A DNA stretch of 28,359 bases from a virus (Duplodnaviria > Caudoviricetes): the IMG/VR virus record IMGVR_UViG_3300049070_000021, positions 1 to 28,359 of that record. The stretch is one strand, 5' to 3'. A program made the position numbers and the translations under genes. Of this stretch, positions 1-7,773 are shown one piece after another. Under the pieces are notes generated by a model. It was not told where the DNA came from. It did not search any database and saw only the letters and a list, made by a program, of their open reading frames with translations. Numbering within the stretch: the stretch's first letter is position 1; each line of letters opens with the position of its first letter.

Positions 1-1014
1 GCATGTGGAGTGTTTTCACCAGGAACAAACTATAGAGTAATCAAGTTTGTTCAAGGAGTAGCCGTAGGAGAAGCTGGTTGTATCACTAAAACGGGCTTAA
101 TTCTGTTTGATAATAGAGTTTTGGGTGATAGGAAAATAAAACTCTATGATGCTAACCTTGCCGAATTGGGAAATGATACAATCTTAGCATTTGCTGACAT
201 TCGACGAAATCAAACTACTGGTTGGTTTTGGGTGAATGTTAAAGAGAATGCTGCATTTTCCAAATTGTATAAGGTAGACCCAACTGTTCTACCACTTACT
301 AAAACTTTAGTCGCAACAATTGCTGATGGAACAGGTAATCAACAGGGAATTGCGACTAATAATGCTGAAACTATTGCCTACTTTAGCCACAATGCATTTA
401 ATGATGGCATTAAACGTTGGGACTTAAGTCTTGATATTGCAATGTCAGATTTAGTTGCTGCTCCCAATGCAAATATGTTATTACTAGATATACTATGTTT
501 GGAAGATGATAGCATCATAGCTGGATGGTCTTTCGATGATGGAAGTCCAGATACTTATGCTAATCCTAGACGTTATGATGCTGCTGGTATTCAGCTAAAT
601 GATTACGGTAACTATGTTAGCTATGAAAATGAATTTGGAATTGTTAGATTAGCATATGACCCAGATAGTCCTAATTCATTCTGGGTTAAGCTCCGTGAAA
701 TGGATAGTATTACTAAAGAGCCAACTGGAGATGCGATTTTCCATCGAATTAGAGTTAGCGATGGAGTAGTCCTTCAAACAGTTCGGCATATGGAATACAA
801 TGAGCGTAATTACATTGGACCCGCTGCAACCAGTTATCGTGGTGAAGCTGGATTGTGGAATTCATGTCCAATGGTAATTATGGCAATTGGTAATCCTGAA
901 ACTCTTGAAGGAGGTATTCTTTTCGGTAATCCCACGCTCAGACATGACGTATATCCAGACCAAGCAAGAAAGATTCCTAATCCAACGATTAGGACTGCAT
1001 ACATAGGTGATTGA
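1..1014 (+). CDS. Tail protein, 5'-truncated (beta-propeller-like repeats; tail nozzle/stabilisation-type)
   Basis: Frame is open from base 1, so the true start probably lies outside the window. Beta-strand/turn-rich with W-D type repeats, at the head of the virion module. TGA overlaps the next ATG (1012-1016). Confidence 0.5.
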   Translation, partial: ACGVFSPGTNYRVIKFVQGVAVGEAGCITKTGLILFDNRVLGDRKIKLYDANLAELGNDTILAFADIRRNQTTGWFWVNVKENAAFSKLYKVDPTVLPLTKTLVATIADGTGNQQGIATNNAETIAYFSHNAFNDGIKRWDLSLDIAMSDLVAAPNANMLLLDILCLEDDSIIAGWSFDDGSPDTYANPRRYDAAGIQLNDYGNYVSYENEFGIVRLAYDPDSPNSFWVKLREMDSITKEPTGDAIFHRIRVSDGVVLQTVRHMEYNERNYIGPAATSYRGEAGLWNSCPMVIMAIGNPETLEGGILFGNPTLRHDVYPDQARKIPNPTIRTAYIGD

Positions 1015-1325
1015 TGGCTAAAGGTGCTGCACTCTCAGAAGGTAGTTCTGGCGAGAATATACAGCATTTCTCTGCCATGAGGATTCGTGCTACAGGCACG
1101 GGAGATTTAGACCTAAAAGTCTATTCACTAGATGATGTGCGTAGTAAGACGCTGGTCCCACTACCGATAGCGAGTGCATCGCGTATTATTCCTACTCGTT
1201 TAGTGAATTTCATGGAGCAAAGAGCTTCTTTTGAAGTGAAACAGACTGAGATTGATGAATTCATGCGCGTCAATCGGATTGTCATTTTCATCAAGGAAGT
1301 CTTTACTTCATATCCAGGTTCGTAA
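1014..1325 (+). CDS. Virion structural protein resembling the C-terminal domain of tail stabilisation/nozzle proteins
   Basis: ATG at 1014 coupled to the upstream TGA; alternating beta-strand pattern ending MRVNRIVIFIKEV; module context. Confidence 0.45.
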   Translation: MAKGAALSEGSSGENIQHFSAMRIRATGTGDLDLKVYSLDDVRSKTLVPLPIASASRIIPTRLVNFMEQRASFEVKQTEIDEFMRVNRIVIFIKEVFTSYPGS

Positions 1326-1768
1326 TGGCATTTCAGCGTCCAAAGAAGCAACCGAATTTTGCGACACTGAAATCTACGCTTGCTCAGACTAAGAACACTG
1401 AGCATCCACTATATCAGACCATTCAAATACTAATTGAACGGTTGATGCAGTTTCAGGGCATCACCGTAGAAGAATTAGGGGACGTAAATGCCAGTGTTAA
1501 TAACGTTCTTAGTATTGTCAACAATCTTGCCGACAAAACAAGAACTTATATCACTGTTGCTGATGAAGTCCTCAATCTGCCTAATTCTGTTCAGCTTCTT
1601 GCTGGCCTTAATGTTACGTTTGACGATACTGTTCCTAATAAACGCACTATTAATGTCACTATTCCTGCTACTGCTGACCACGTTCCTATGGCAACAGGGG
1701 CAGAGCCATTAGAAATAATGTCAGATGGAGCTGGTAACGTGTTCCTAGTTGGATTTACAGGACCATGA
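1325..1768 (+). CDS. Hypothetical tail-associated protein
   Basis: 147 aa, TAATG coupling, helical N-terminal half and beta-rich C-terminal half. Confidence 0.6.
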   Translation: MAFQRPKKQPNFATLKSTLAQTKNTEHPLYQTIQILIERLMQFQGITVEELGDVNASVNNVLSIVNNLADKTRTYITVADEVLNLPNSVQLLAGLNVTFDDTVPNKRTINVTIPATADHVPMATGAEPLEIMSDGAGNVFLVGFTGP

Positions 1769-1980
1769 GCGATACTACATATCAAACATTCCAGCATTAT
1801 GGCACAGCGGCTCAACGTGCTGCATTTGTGCCTAATCCTGCTGCTGGAATACAGCCCATCTACATCTGGTATGAAACAGATACAGGTGACACGTATCTGT
1901 ATGATACCGCATGGCATCTAATTTCCAGTAGCGGCGCGGCTGTTACTACGTTTCATCCGTTCTTGACGATGGGTGGATAA
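1765..1980 (+). CDS. Small tail-fibre-associated protein
   Basis: ATGA overlap; IWYETDTGDTYLYD motif typical of phage fibre adaptor segments. Confidence 0.6.
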   Translation: MSDTTYQTFQHYGTAAQRAAFVPNPAAGIQPIYIWYETDTGDTYLYDTAWHLISSSGAAVTTFHPFLTMGG

Positions 1981-2308
1981 TGCCTGACGTATATAAAGTT
2001 CTAGGACAGTCAAATCCCGCCGCAGCTACGTTAACGGATGCGTATACTGTCCCCGCATCTACAGAAGCCATTATAGCAGTATCACAATTGCTAATAGAAG
2101 TGCTACACCTACAGATTTCAGAATCAGTGTTGCCCCTGCTGGCGCGGCTGATTCAAATGAGCAGTATATTGCTCATACTGTAGCGATTGGCGCTAACGAG
2201 GCTATCGCATTGACTCTAGGTATTACGTTGGAAGCAACCGACGTAGTTAGAGTTTATGCGACATTGGCTACTCTCTCGTTCAACATCTTTGGCGTTGAGA
2301 AGAGCTAA
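1980..2308 (+). pseudogene. Small virion protein (YKVLGQSNP...LTLGITL family) interrupted by a -1 frameshift at about 2073-2075
   Basis: The first frame gives MPDVYKVLGQSNPAAATLTDAYTVPASTEAII. The -1 frame continues SSITIANRSATPTDFRISVAPAGAADSNEQYIAHTVAIGANEAIALTLGITLEATDVVRVYATLATLSFNIFGVEKS* and its TAA (2306-2308) overlaps the next ATG. The span is 329 nt, one short of 110 codons. Confidence 0.8.
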
Positions 2309-2766
2309 TGATAAGGCAATTTAAGAATTTCCTGTTCGGCGCTTTATCCGGTAATGCTACGGAGTATTACGACGGCACAGGACAATTCTCTACACCTGCT
2401 AGTAGTGGACAAATCTATAAGGTAGGTGTAACAATAGATGGTGGTGGTTCCGCGATTTCTACTGGAATCAAGGGCTATACGTCCATTCCCGTATCAGGAA
2501 ATATCACCAAAGTTAGATTACTAGCTGACCAAAATGGCGGCGCAGTAATGGATATTTGGAAAGATGTTTTTGCCAATTATCCGCCTACTGTAGCTGATAC
2601 AATTACGGCGGCTGCAAAACCTACTCTTGTAGCAGCAGACAGTTACGAAGATACTACTCTTACAGGATGGACAGTAGCAGTTACAGCTGGTGATGTGCTT
2701 GGTTTCAACGTAGATTCAGCATCAACGATTACTAGACTTACTCTGGAACTTGAGATTACTCCATAA
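2308..2766 (+). CDS. Tail fibre/spike adaptor protein
   Basis: IDGGGSAISTGIKG...VMDIWKD...PPTVADTITAAAKP...GDVLGFNVDS pattern, common in phage tail accessory proteins; coupled to both neighbours. Confidence 0.6.
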   Translation: MIRQFKNFLFGALSGNATEYYDGTGQFSTPASSGQIYKVGVTIDGGGSAISTGIKGYTSIPVSGNITKVRLLADQNGGAVMDIWKDVFANYPPTVADTITAAAKPTLVAADSYEDTTLTGWTVAVTAGDVLGFNVDSASTITRLTLELEITP

Positions 2767-4097
2767 TGGCTCTTTCAGCATCAACAGTTTGGGAAGTTAG
2801 AACTACTGGTAATGACGGTAACGGTGGAGGTTTCGTTACTGGCTCCGGTGGAACTGACTTTTCACAACAAGACGCTGCTCAAGCTGTATTAACTGTAGCT
2901 TCAGTATTAGGACCGGCAGCTAACCAAGTTACTGTAGCTGGTGGTGACTATACTTGTGTCGCTGGTGACGTTGGTAATATTCTTCAAATAACTGGTGGAA
3001 CTGCCACAGCAGGATTCTATCATATTACCGCTCGTGCCGGACAAGTTTGGACACTTGATAGGAATGCTGGTGCAATTGGTAATACCGTTGTTGGAGCTAT
3101 GGGTGGTGGATTAGCGAGTCCTGCTGTAGCTGCTCCACCAATGGTTAATGGCAATATTCTGTTTATTAAGGCTGGCACCTACTCAATGTCAGTCAATACT
3201 AATAATGTTGCTAATGGTAAATGGAGTAAAAGTGCTCCCGTTCTAGTTATTGGTTATGATACCAATAGAGCATGGGGTAATGTAGATACTAAACCAATCT
3301 TACAAGCTACTGTTACGCTCACTACGATGTGGACTGGTAGTAGCAATTGGGTAAACAATATAGTATTTGATGTAAATAGTCAAGCATCTACTCGTTCTGT
3401 AAGTGGTGGTGCATATACTAGATGCGAATTTAATAATGGTAATTTAGCCAATGTTCAGACTTTGGCTACTCATTGCACTGCAACTGGTAATTCTGCAACT
3501 TCATTTACTGACGGAGCTGCCGGATTCTTTTACTGTGAAGCATTTGGAAATACAGCTACCGGATTTAGTTGTAGTAATGCTAGTTTGCACAGTTGCCTAT
3601 CATACGACAATAGTGGAGCTACATCTGACGGATTTATTAATCCAAGTCTTACATCAGCTCACTTCTTCAATTGTATTGCATACAATAATGGTAGGGACGG
3701 ATTTAGAAATACAACTGGCTCACTTGTTTCACGAATGATTCTCCAAAACTGTATTGCGGAGGATAATGCTGGAATCGGAATCAACGCAGCAAATACTCAG
3801 TATCCGTCTATTGCAATCAGATGTTCAGTTTTCAATAACGGAACTGATACTGCTGGTGGATTAACTGAAGTTGATACATTGACTCCAGGTGGTTCAGTAT
3901 TTACAAATGCTGCTGCCGGAGATTTTTCTCTAAACAATACTGGTGGGGCCGGAGCTACATTAAGAGCTGCCGGATATATTGAATTTGACAGCAATGTATT
4001 TCCCGCTGGTTTAACTACTTCATATCTTGATGTTGGTGTAGCACAACATCAGGATACAGGTGGTGGAGGCGGTGGAGAGCATTCCGCTGTATTCTGA
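2766..4097 (+). CDS. Tail fibre/tailspike with right-handed parallel beta-helix (pectin-lyase-like) region
   Basis: Gly/Ala/Thr/Asn-rich; IKAGTY motif followed by repeated (N/H/Y)CxAxxN...GF coils typical of beta-helices. Confidence 0.7.
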   Translation: MALSASTVWEVRTTGNDGNGGGFVTGSGGTDFSQQDAAQAVLTVASVLGPAANQVTVAGGDYTCVAGDVGNILQITGGTATAGFYHITARAGQVWTLDRNAGAIGNTVVGAMGGGLASPAVAAPPMVNGNILFIKAGTYSMSVNTNNVANGKWSKSAPVLVIGYDTNRAWGNVDTKPILQATVTLTTMWTGSSNWVNNIVFDVNSQASTRSVSGGAYTRCEFNNGNLANVQTLATHCTATGNSATSFTDGAAGFFYCEAFGNTATGFSCSNASLHSCLSYDNSGATSDGFINPSLTSAHFFNCIAYNNGRDGFRNTTGSLVSRMILQNCIAEDNAGIGINAANTQYPSIAIRCSVFNNGTDTAGGLTEVDTLTPGGSVFTNAAAGDFSLNNTGGAGATLRAAGYIEFDSNVFPAGLTTSYLDVGVAQHQDTGGGGGGEHSAVF

Positions 4098-4513
4098 TGA
4101 ATGGACCGTCAAAACATCTTTCGTGGAAAGAAGTAGCCTGTAACGATGGAACACCTTATCCACGAAAATTCATTGATGATGGACGAGTGTTCAAATTGGC
4201 CGATGCATTTGAACAGATTCGTTCATTATGTGGAGACCATCCAATTCAGGTTCTATCCGCGTATAGAACTCCTACTTGGAATAGAAAAGTTGGTGGAGCA
4301 CCAAAAAGTCAGCATGTTGAGGGTCGTGCATTAGACCTCAAACCACCTAAACATTTAACTGTGAAACAGTTTTACGACCTAATCCATGCAAATCACAAGG
4401 ATTTTGGGATTACTGGAATGGGTCGATACAAGACATTCGTTCACATTGATATCCGTCCTACAACTAATTTAGTTGCATGGTCTGGAACAGGATTAAAGGA
4501 GTCAAGGGCATGA
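4097..4513 (+). CDS. Endolysin, peptidase M15 family (Zn D-Ala-D-Ala peptidase fold)
   Basis: Motifs SAYR, SQH-x2-GRALD and FVHID give the H/D/H zinc ligands of M15A. Confidence 0.9.
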   Translation: MNGPSKHLSWKEVACNDGTPYPRKFIDDGRVFKLADAFEQIRSLCGDHPIQVLSAYRTPTWNRKVGGAPKSQHVEGRALDLKPPKHLTVKQFYDLIHANHKDFGITGMGRYKTFVHIDIRPTTNLVAWSGTGLKESRA

Positions 4514-4869
4514 AAAGGGCACTTTCACTAGCAATTATCATTAGCTTGTTCGTGGCGTGTGCGCCGAAGAATCTACCACCAGAGTTGAAGCCTGCTTATA
4601 CTGCGAATGAAATTCTTATTCGCATACAAGAGCTTCAAAAAACTACGATTGGTCTTTACGATGCCACGCCACGGGCAATTTCAAAGGAGCGCGCAGACTT
4701 AATTGTAAAGTTTACAATTGTTGCCGCTGAAGCAACACAAAAGTCATTGCAGGGTTGGCAGCAAACTATTAAATCTGCATGGGCACAGCTTAATCAACAG
4801 TTACTTGTTCCAGATAAAGGATTAGAAACTCTCTGGAATCTTGTAGATGCCATGATTGGAGCACTGTAA
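4510..4869 (+). CDS. Lipoprotein in the lysis cassette (possible spanin component)
   Basis: ATG at 4510 (ATGA overlap); MKRALSLAIIISLFVA-C is a signal peptide II with lipobox; helical body; follows the endolysin. Confidence 0.65.
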   Translation: MKRALSLAIIISLFVACAPKNLPPELKPAYTANEILIRIQELQKTTIGLYDATPRAISKERADLIVKFTIVAAEATQKSLQGWQQTIKSAWAQLNQQLLVPDKGLETLWNLVDAMIGAL

Positions 4870-5072
4870 TGTGGGAAATTCTCATAGCAGAAATTCTCAA
4901 AAATATCATTGTTCCTGAACTCGTGGAATTCACCAAAAAGAAATTTCAAGAAACAGGAACATGGCCTACTAAGGAGGAACTTGAAGCCTTGGTAGATAAA
5001 AGAGCACTTGAAATTAAGACAGTTGGTCTTGATTTTCTTAGTAGACCCAAGGATGAAAATCCGAAGCCTTGA
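4869..5072 (+). CDS. Small hypothetical protein (lysis cassette)
   Basis: 67 aa, TAATG coupling, amphipathic N-terminus. Confidence 0.55.
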   Translation: MWEILIAEILKNIIVPELVEFTKKKFQETGTWPTKEELEALVDKRALEIKTVGLDFLSRPKDENPKP

Positions 5073-5430
5073 ACCATCTGATTTAGAGTTATTAAAGAAG
5101 ATACATGAGAAGCACTTTGGCGAAGAATTTGTGCTTCCTGATTTTCTTCGTAACTATCTATGCGCGTTCACTGTGGAAGATGATGAAGGAATACTAACGA
5201 TTGGTGGTGTTCGTCCCATAGCCGAGTGCGTAACAGTAACAAATAAGGACAGAACACCATCAGATAGATTAGATGCGTTATATCGTGTATTAGACGCATC
5301 AATATTCGTAGCTCAGAAGCATGATTACGACCAACTTCATGCTTTTGTCCAAGACAAGCGTTGGTCCAACCGATTACACAGAAATGGTTTTCGGCCAACC
5401 AAAGGCCAATCATTAGTTTTGGACATCTGA
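5053..5430 (+). CDS. GNAT-fold (acetyltransferase-like) protein preceding the ejection proteins
   Basis: Likely start MKIRSLEPSDL (GNAT beta1-alpha1 pattern) and C-terminal LHRNGFR; podoviruses often place a GNAT-like gene here. Confidence 0.6.
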   Translation: MKIRSLEPSDLELLKKIHEKHFGEEFVLPDFLRNYLCAFTVEDDEGILTIGGVRPIAECVTVTNKDRTPSDRLDALYRVLDASIFVAQKHDYDQLHAFVQDKRWSNRLHRNGFRPTKGQSLVLDI

Positions 5431-5437
5431 GGGCAAC

Positions 5438-6412
5438 ATGGCAAAAGGTGATGATGCTCGTGTAAGGGACCAAGGTCAGTATCAGCAAAACCGATACGAG
5501 AACCAGCAAGGTCCAATGGTTAATGCGTTCGCGCATAACTATGGACGTGGCTCTGAAGCTAACTATGGTGATTATACCGATATCATGAATCGGTATCGCA
5601 CTATTGCTGGTGGTGGAGCAGGTGGTAGTGGAGGCGGTGGAGGTGGTGGGGGTGGATATACCCCATTCATGGTAAGTCCTGGACGTGCAGGATACTCTGA
5701 CCCCTTCAAATCCTATGCTGGCTACGAAGAATTTTCTAAGACAGGTGGCTACAGCAAAGAGGATATGGCGAATATGCGCGCTCGCGGCGTATCGCCTATC
5801 AGAGCCGCTTATGCCAATGCAGAACGTGAAGTTGGTAGACAGCGAGCATTGCAAGGTGGCTATAGTCCAAATGCTACAGCCTCACTAGTTAAGATGGCTC
5901 GTGAACGCTCACAAGCTGGTGCTGATGCATTGCAGAATGTAGAAGCAGGGCTTGCAGAAGCACGTAATAAGGGTCGTCTTGCTGGTCTTGGTGGAATGTC
6001 TAATATCGAGGGTCAGCGTCTTAATGCTGATGTTGATATTAGCAAATTCAATACAGGACTAGATTTTCAAGGTCAAACTTATAACGCTGATGCACAATCG
6101 CGTGCTCAGGCAGCTAATAATGCTGCTGGTGCCGCTAGTGCTGCCGCGAGTAGAGCTGACCAATTTCGTGCATTGCAGGGCATGACTGCATTGTATGGAA
6201 CTAATCCTGGAATGTCAGAAACATTCGGTAATCAGCTTCTACAGGGTGTAGGCCAAGGTGGTAATTTCGGTCTTGGTATGATGGGTCGTAACATTGAAGG
6301 TGCCCAACTACCTGGACAATGGGATTACTTCACACAGCGAGCAGGTGATGTAGCTAACATGGCTTATCCTTGGTTGGATTACTTTGACGGTCAAGATGAA
6401 GGGGGTGGCTAA
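5438..6412 (+). CDS. Putative ejection/pilot (internal virion) protein 1
   Basis: 324 aa, Gly/Ala/Gln/Asn-rich, no Cys, predicted helical; position between GNAT gene and larger internal proteins. Confidence 0.6.
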   Translation: MAKGDDARVRDQGQYQQNRYENQQGPMVNAFAHNYGRGSEANYGDYTDIMNRYRTIAGGGAGGSGGGGGGGGGYTPFMVSPGRAGYSDPFKSYAGYEEFSKTGGYSKEDMANMRARGVSPIRAAYANAEREVGRQRALQGGYSPNATASLVKMARERSQAGADALQNVEAGLAEARNKGRLAGLGGMSNIEGQRLNADVDISKFNTGLDFQGQTYNADAQSRAQAANNAAGAASAAASRADQFRALQGMTALYGTNPGMSETFGNQLLQGVGQGGNFGLGMMGRNIEGAQLPGQWDYFTQRAGDVANMAYPWLDYFDGQDEGGG

Positions 6413-7773
6413 TGGCATTCCCTATCCGTCAATACAACATCATGGATAATATCGGTGCTGTTGGCGATGCACGTATGGCCGGTGGCTACGATGATTATGA
6501 GGATTTTGGAGTAGGTCCAGTTCAGCCTAGTCCTACATATCCTACAATGGGTGCAATTTCGCGTATTGGTCAAACACCTCCAATGGTAGACCATGCAGCA
6601 CCACAAGACCCTAATATCGCTCAGTTAATGCAGCAGTTTTATACTCCTGAAACTGAAGCAACTGATGCATTTAATCAGCTTGTTAGAAACGCACCACAGC
6701 GTAACAAGCCCGGTATTGCACGTCGTTTAGCTGCTTCTGCTGGAGCATTAGGAGCACCTAAAGGTAAAGGATTAGAAACTGCTGAACAGTTCATGTATGC
6801 CCCATTCATGCGTAATACGCAGGATTGGATGGCAAAGATGGACCCGAACTACAAAGCTGCTTCTCTCGAAAACACTCGTAATGCCAATGAACGCCAGCTT
6901 GCTGGTAACATGGCACAGTATACGATGGCCGAGAGAAAACAGACCGAAACTGAACGTAAGAATAGGTCTGAAGAAGAAATTCGTCGTAAGCGTGCAGAGG
7001 TATACGATTTCAAAGCGCGTAATCCAAATATGCGTTTTGATTTTAGTGGTCCTACTGTTAAAGCTGCTGACCCCCTCACAGGTAAGGTATACGATACTGG
7101 ACTTGCTACAGGTTCCATGACTGATATGGACCGTATCAATCTACAAGGTGAATGGGGAGTAGCTAGAGCTAGAGAAGCTGGCGGTCAAGCACGAGAAACA
7201 GAACGTGTAAGACAAGAAGGTAGGGAATCACTAGCAGATAAACGTGGATGGCAGGTTGTTCAATCTTCTGATGGACAAGCGTGGGCTGTTAATCCACAAA
7301 CAAGACAATTGGAACCAATTCAACCACCTTTAGGAGTTACTCCACCACAAGGTCCATTAACTAGACCTGGAACACCTCCTAGACCTAGTGGTGCAGGTGG
7401 CAGTGGTGGTAATGAAGCACTGAATGTTCAACGTCAACGCTTCAATACAGCTAAGCAGTTAGCTGATACAATTCCAGGTGCGAACAAGTGGATTAAATTC
7501 ACTAGTCCCACTACGTTTAGAATTGAACAACCGGGTAGATTTACCAGTGAAGCTGATAAAAAACTCTATCAAGATATCACTAGTAAAATCTATGGTTCCG
7601 GTAACAGTTCTGCTGGTGGTCCCGGAACTGGTAGAGGGGGTGGCCCCGGACGTAGTAATTTACCACCTAATCAACAGAAAACTCCAGTAAAGAAGGAGTA
7701 TAGTCAGAGTAGGAATCAAACACGCATTACCTATTCTGATGGAACTACCCAGATTGTTAATGGGAGACAGTAA
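6412..7773 (+). CDS. Putative ejection (internal virion) protein 2
   Basis: 453 aa, Cys-free, coiled-coil and Pro/Gly low-complexity tracts, TAATG coupling on both sides. Confidence 0.6.
   Translation: MAFPIRQYNIMDNIGAVGDARMAGGYDDYEDFGVGPVQPSPTYPTMGAISRIGQTPPMVDHAAPQDPNIAQLMQQFYTPETEATDAFNQLVRNAPQRNKPGIARRLAASAGALGAPKGKGLETAEQFMYAPFMRNTQDWMAKMDPNYKAASLENTRNANERQLAGNMAQYTMAERKQTETERKNRSEEEIRRKRAEVYDFKARNPNMRFDFSGPTVKAADPLTGKVYDTGLATGSMTDMDRINLQGEWGVARAREAGGQARETERVRQEGRESLADKRGWQVVQSSDGQAWAVNPQTRQLEPIQPPLGVTPPQGPLTRPGTPPRPSGAGGSGGNEALNVQRQRFNTAKQLADTIPGANKWIKFTSPTTFRIEQPGRFTSEADKKLYQDITSKIYGSGNSSAGGPGTGRGGGPGRSNLPPNQQKTPVKKEYSQSRNQTRITYSDGTTQIVNGRQ

Noticed and set aside
5608-5660. GGT/GGA-rich repeat tract
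   Set aside because: Simply encodes a poly-Gly linker; not a CRISPR or independent repeat.
5168-5854. 228-aa minus-strand ORF
   Set aside because: Antisense shadow of the GNAT and Gly-rich ejection genes; its Ser/Thr runs are the reverse complement of Gly codons.
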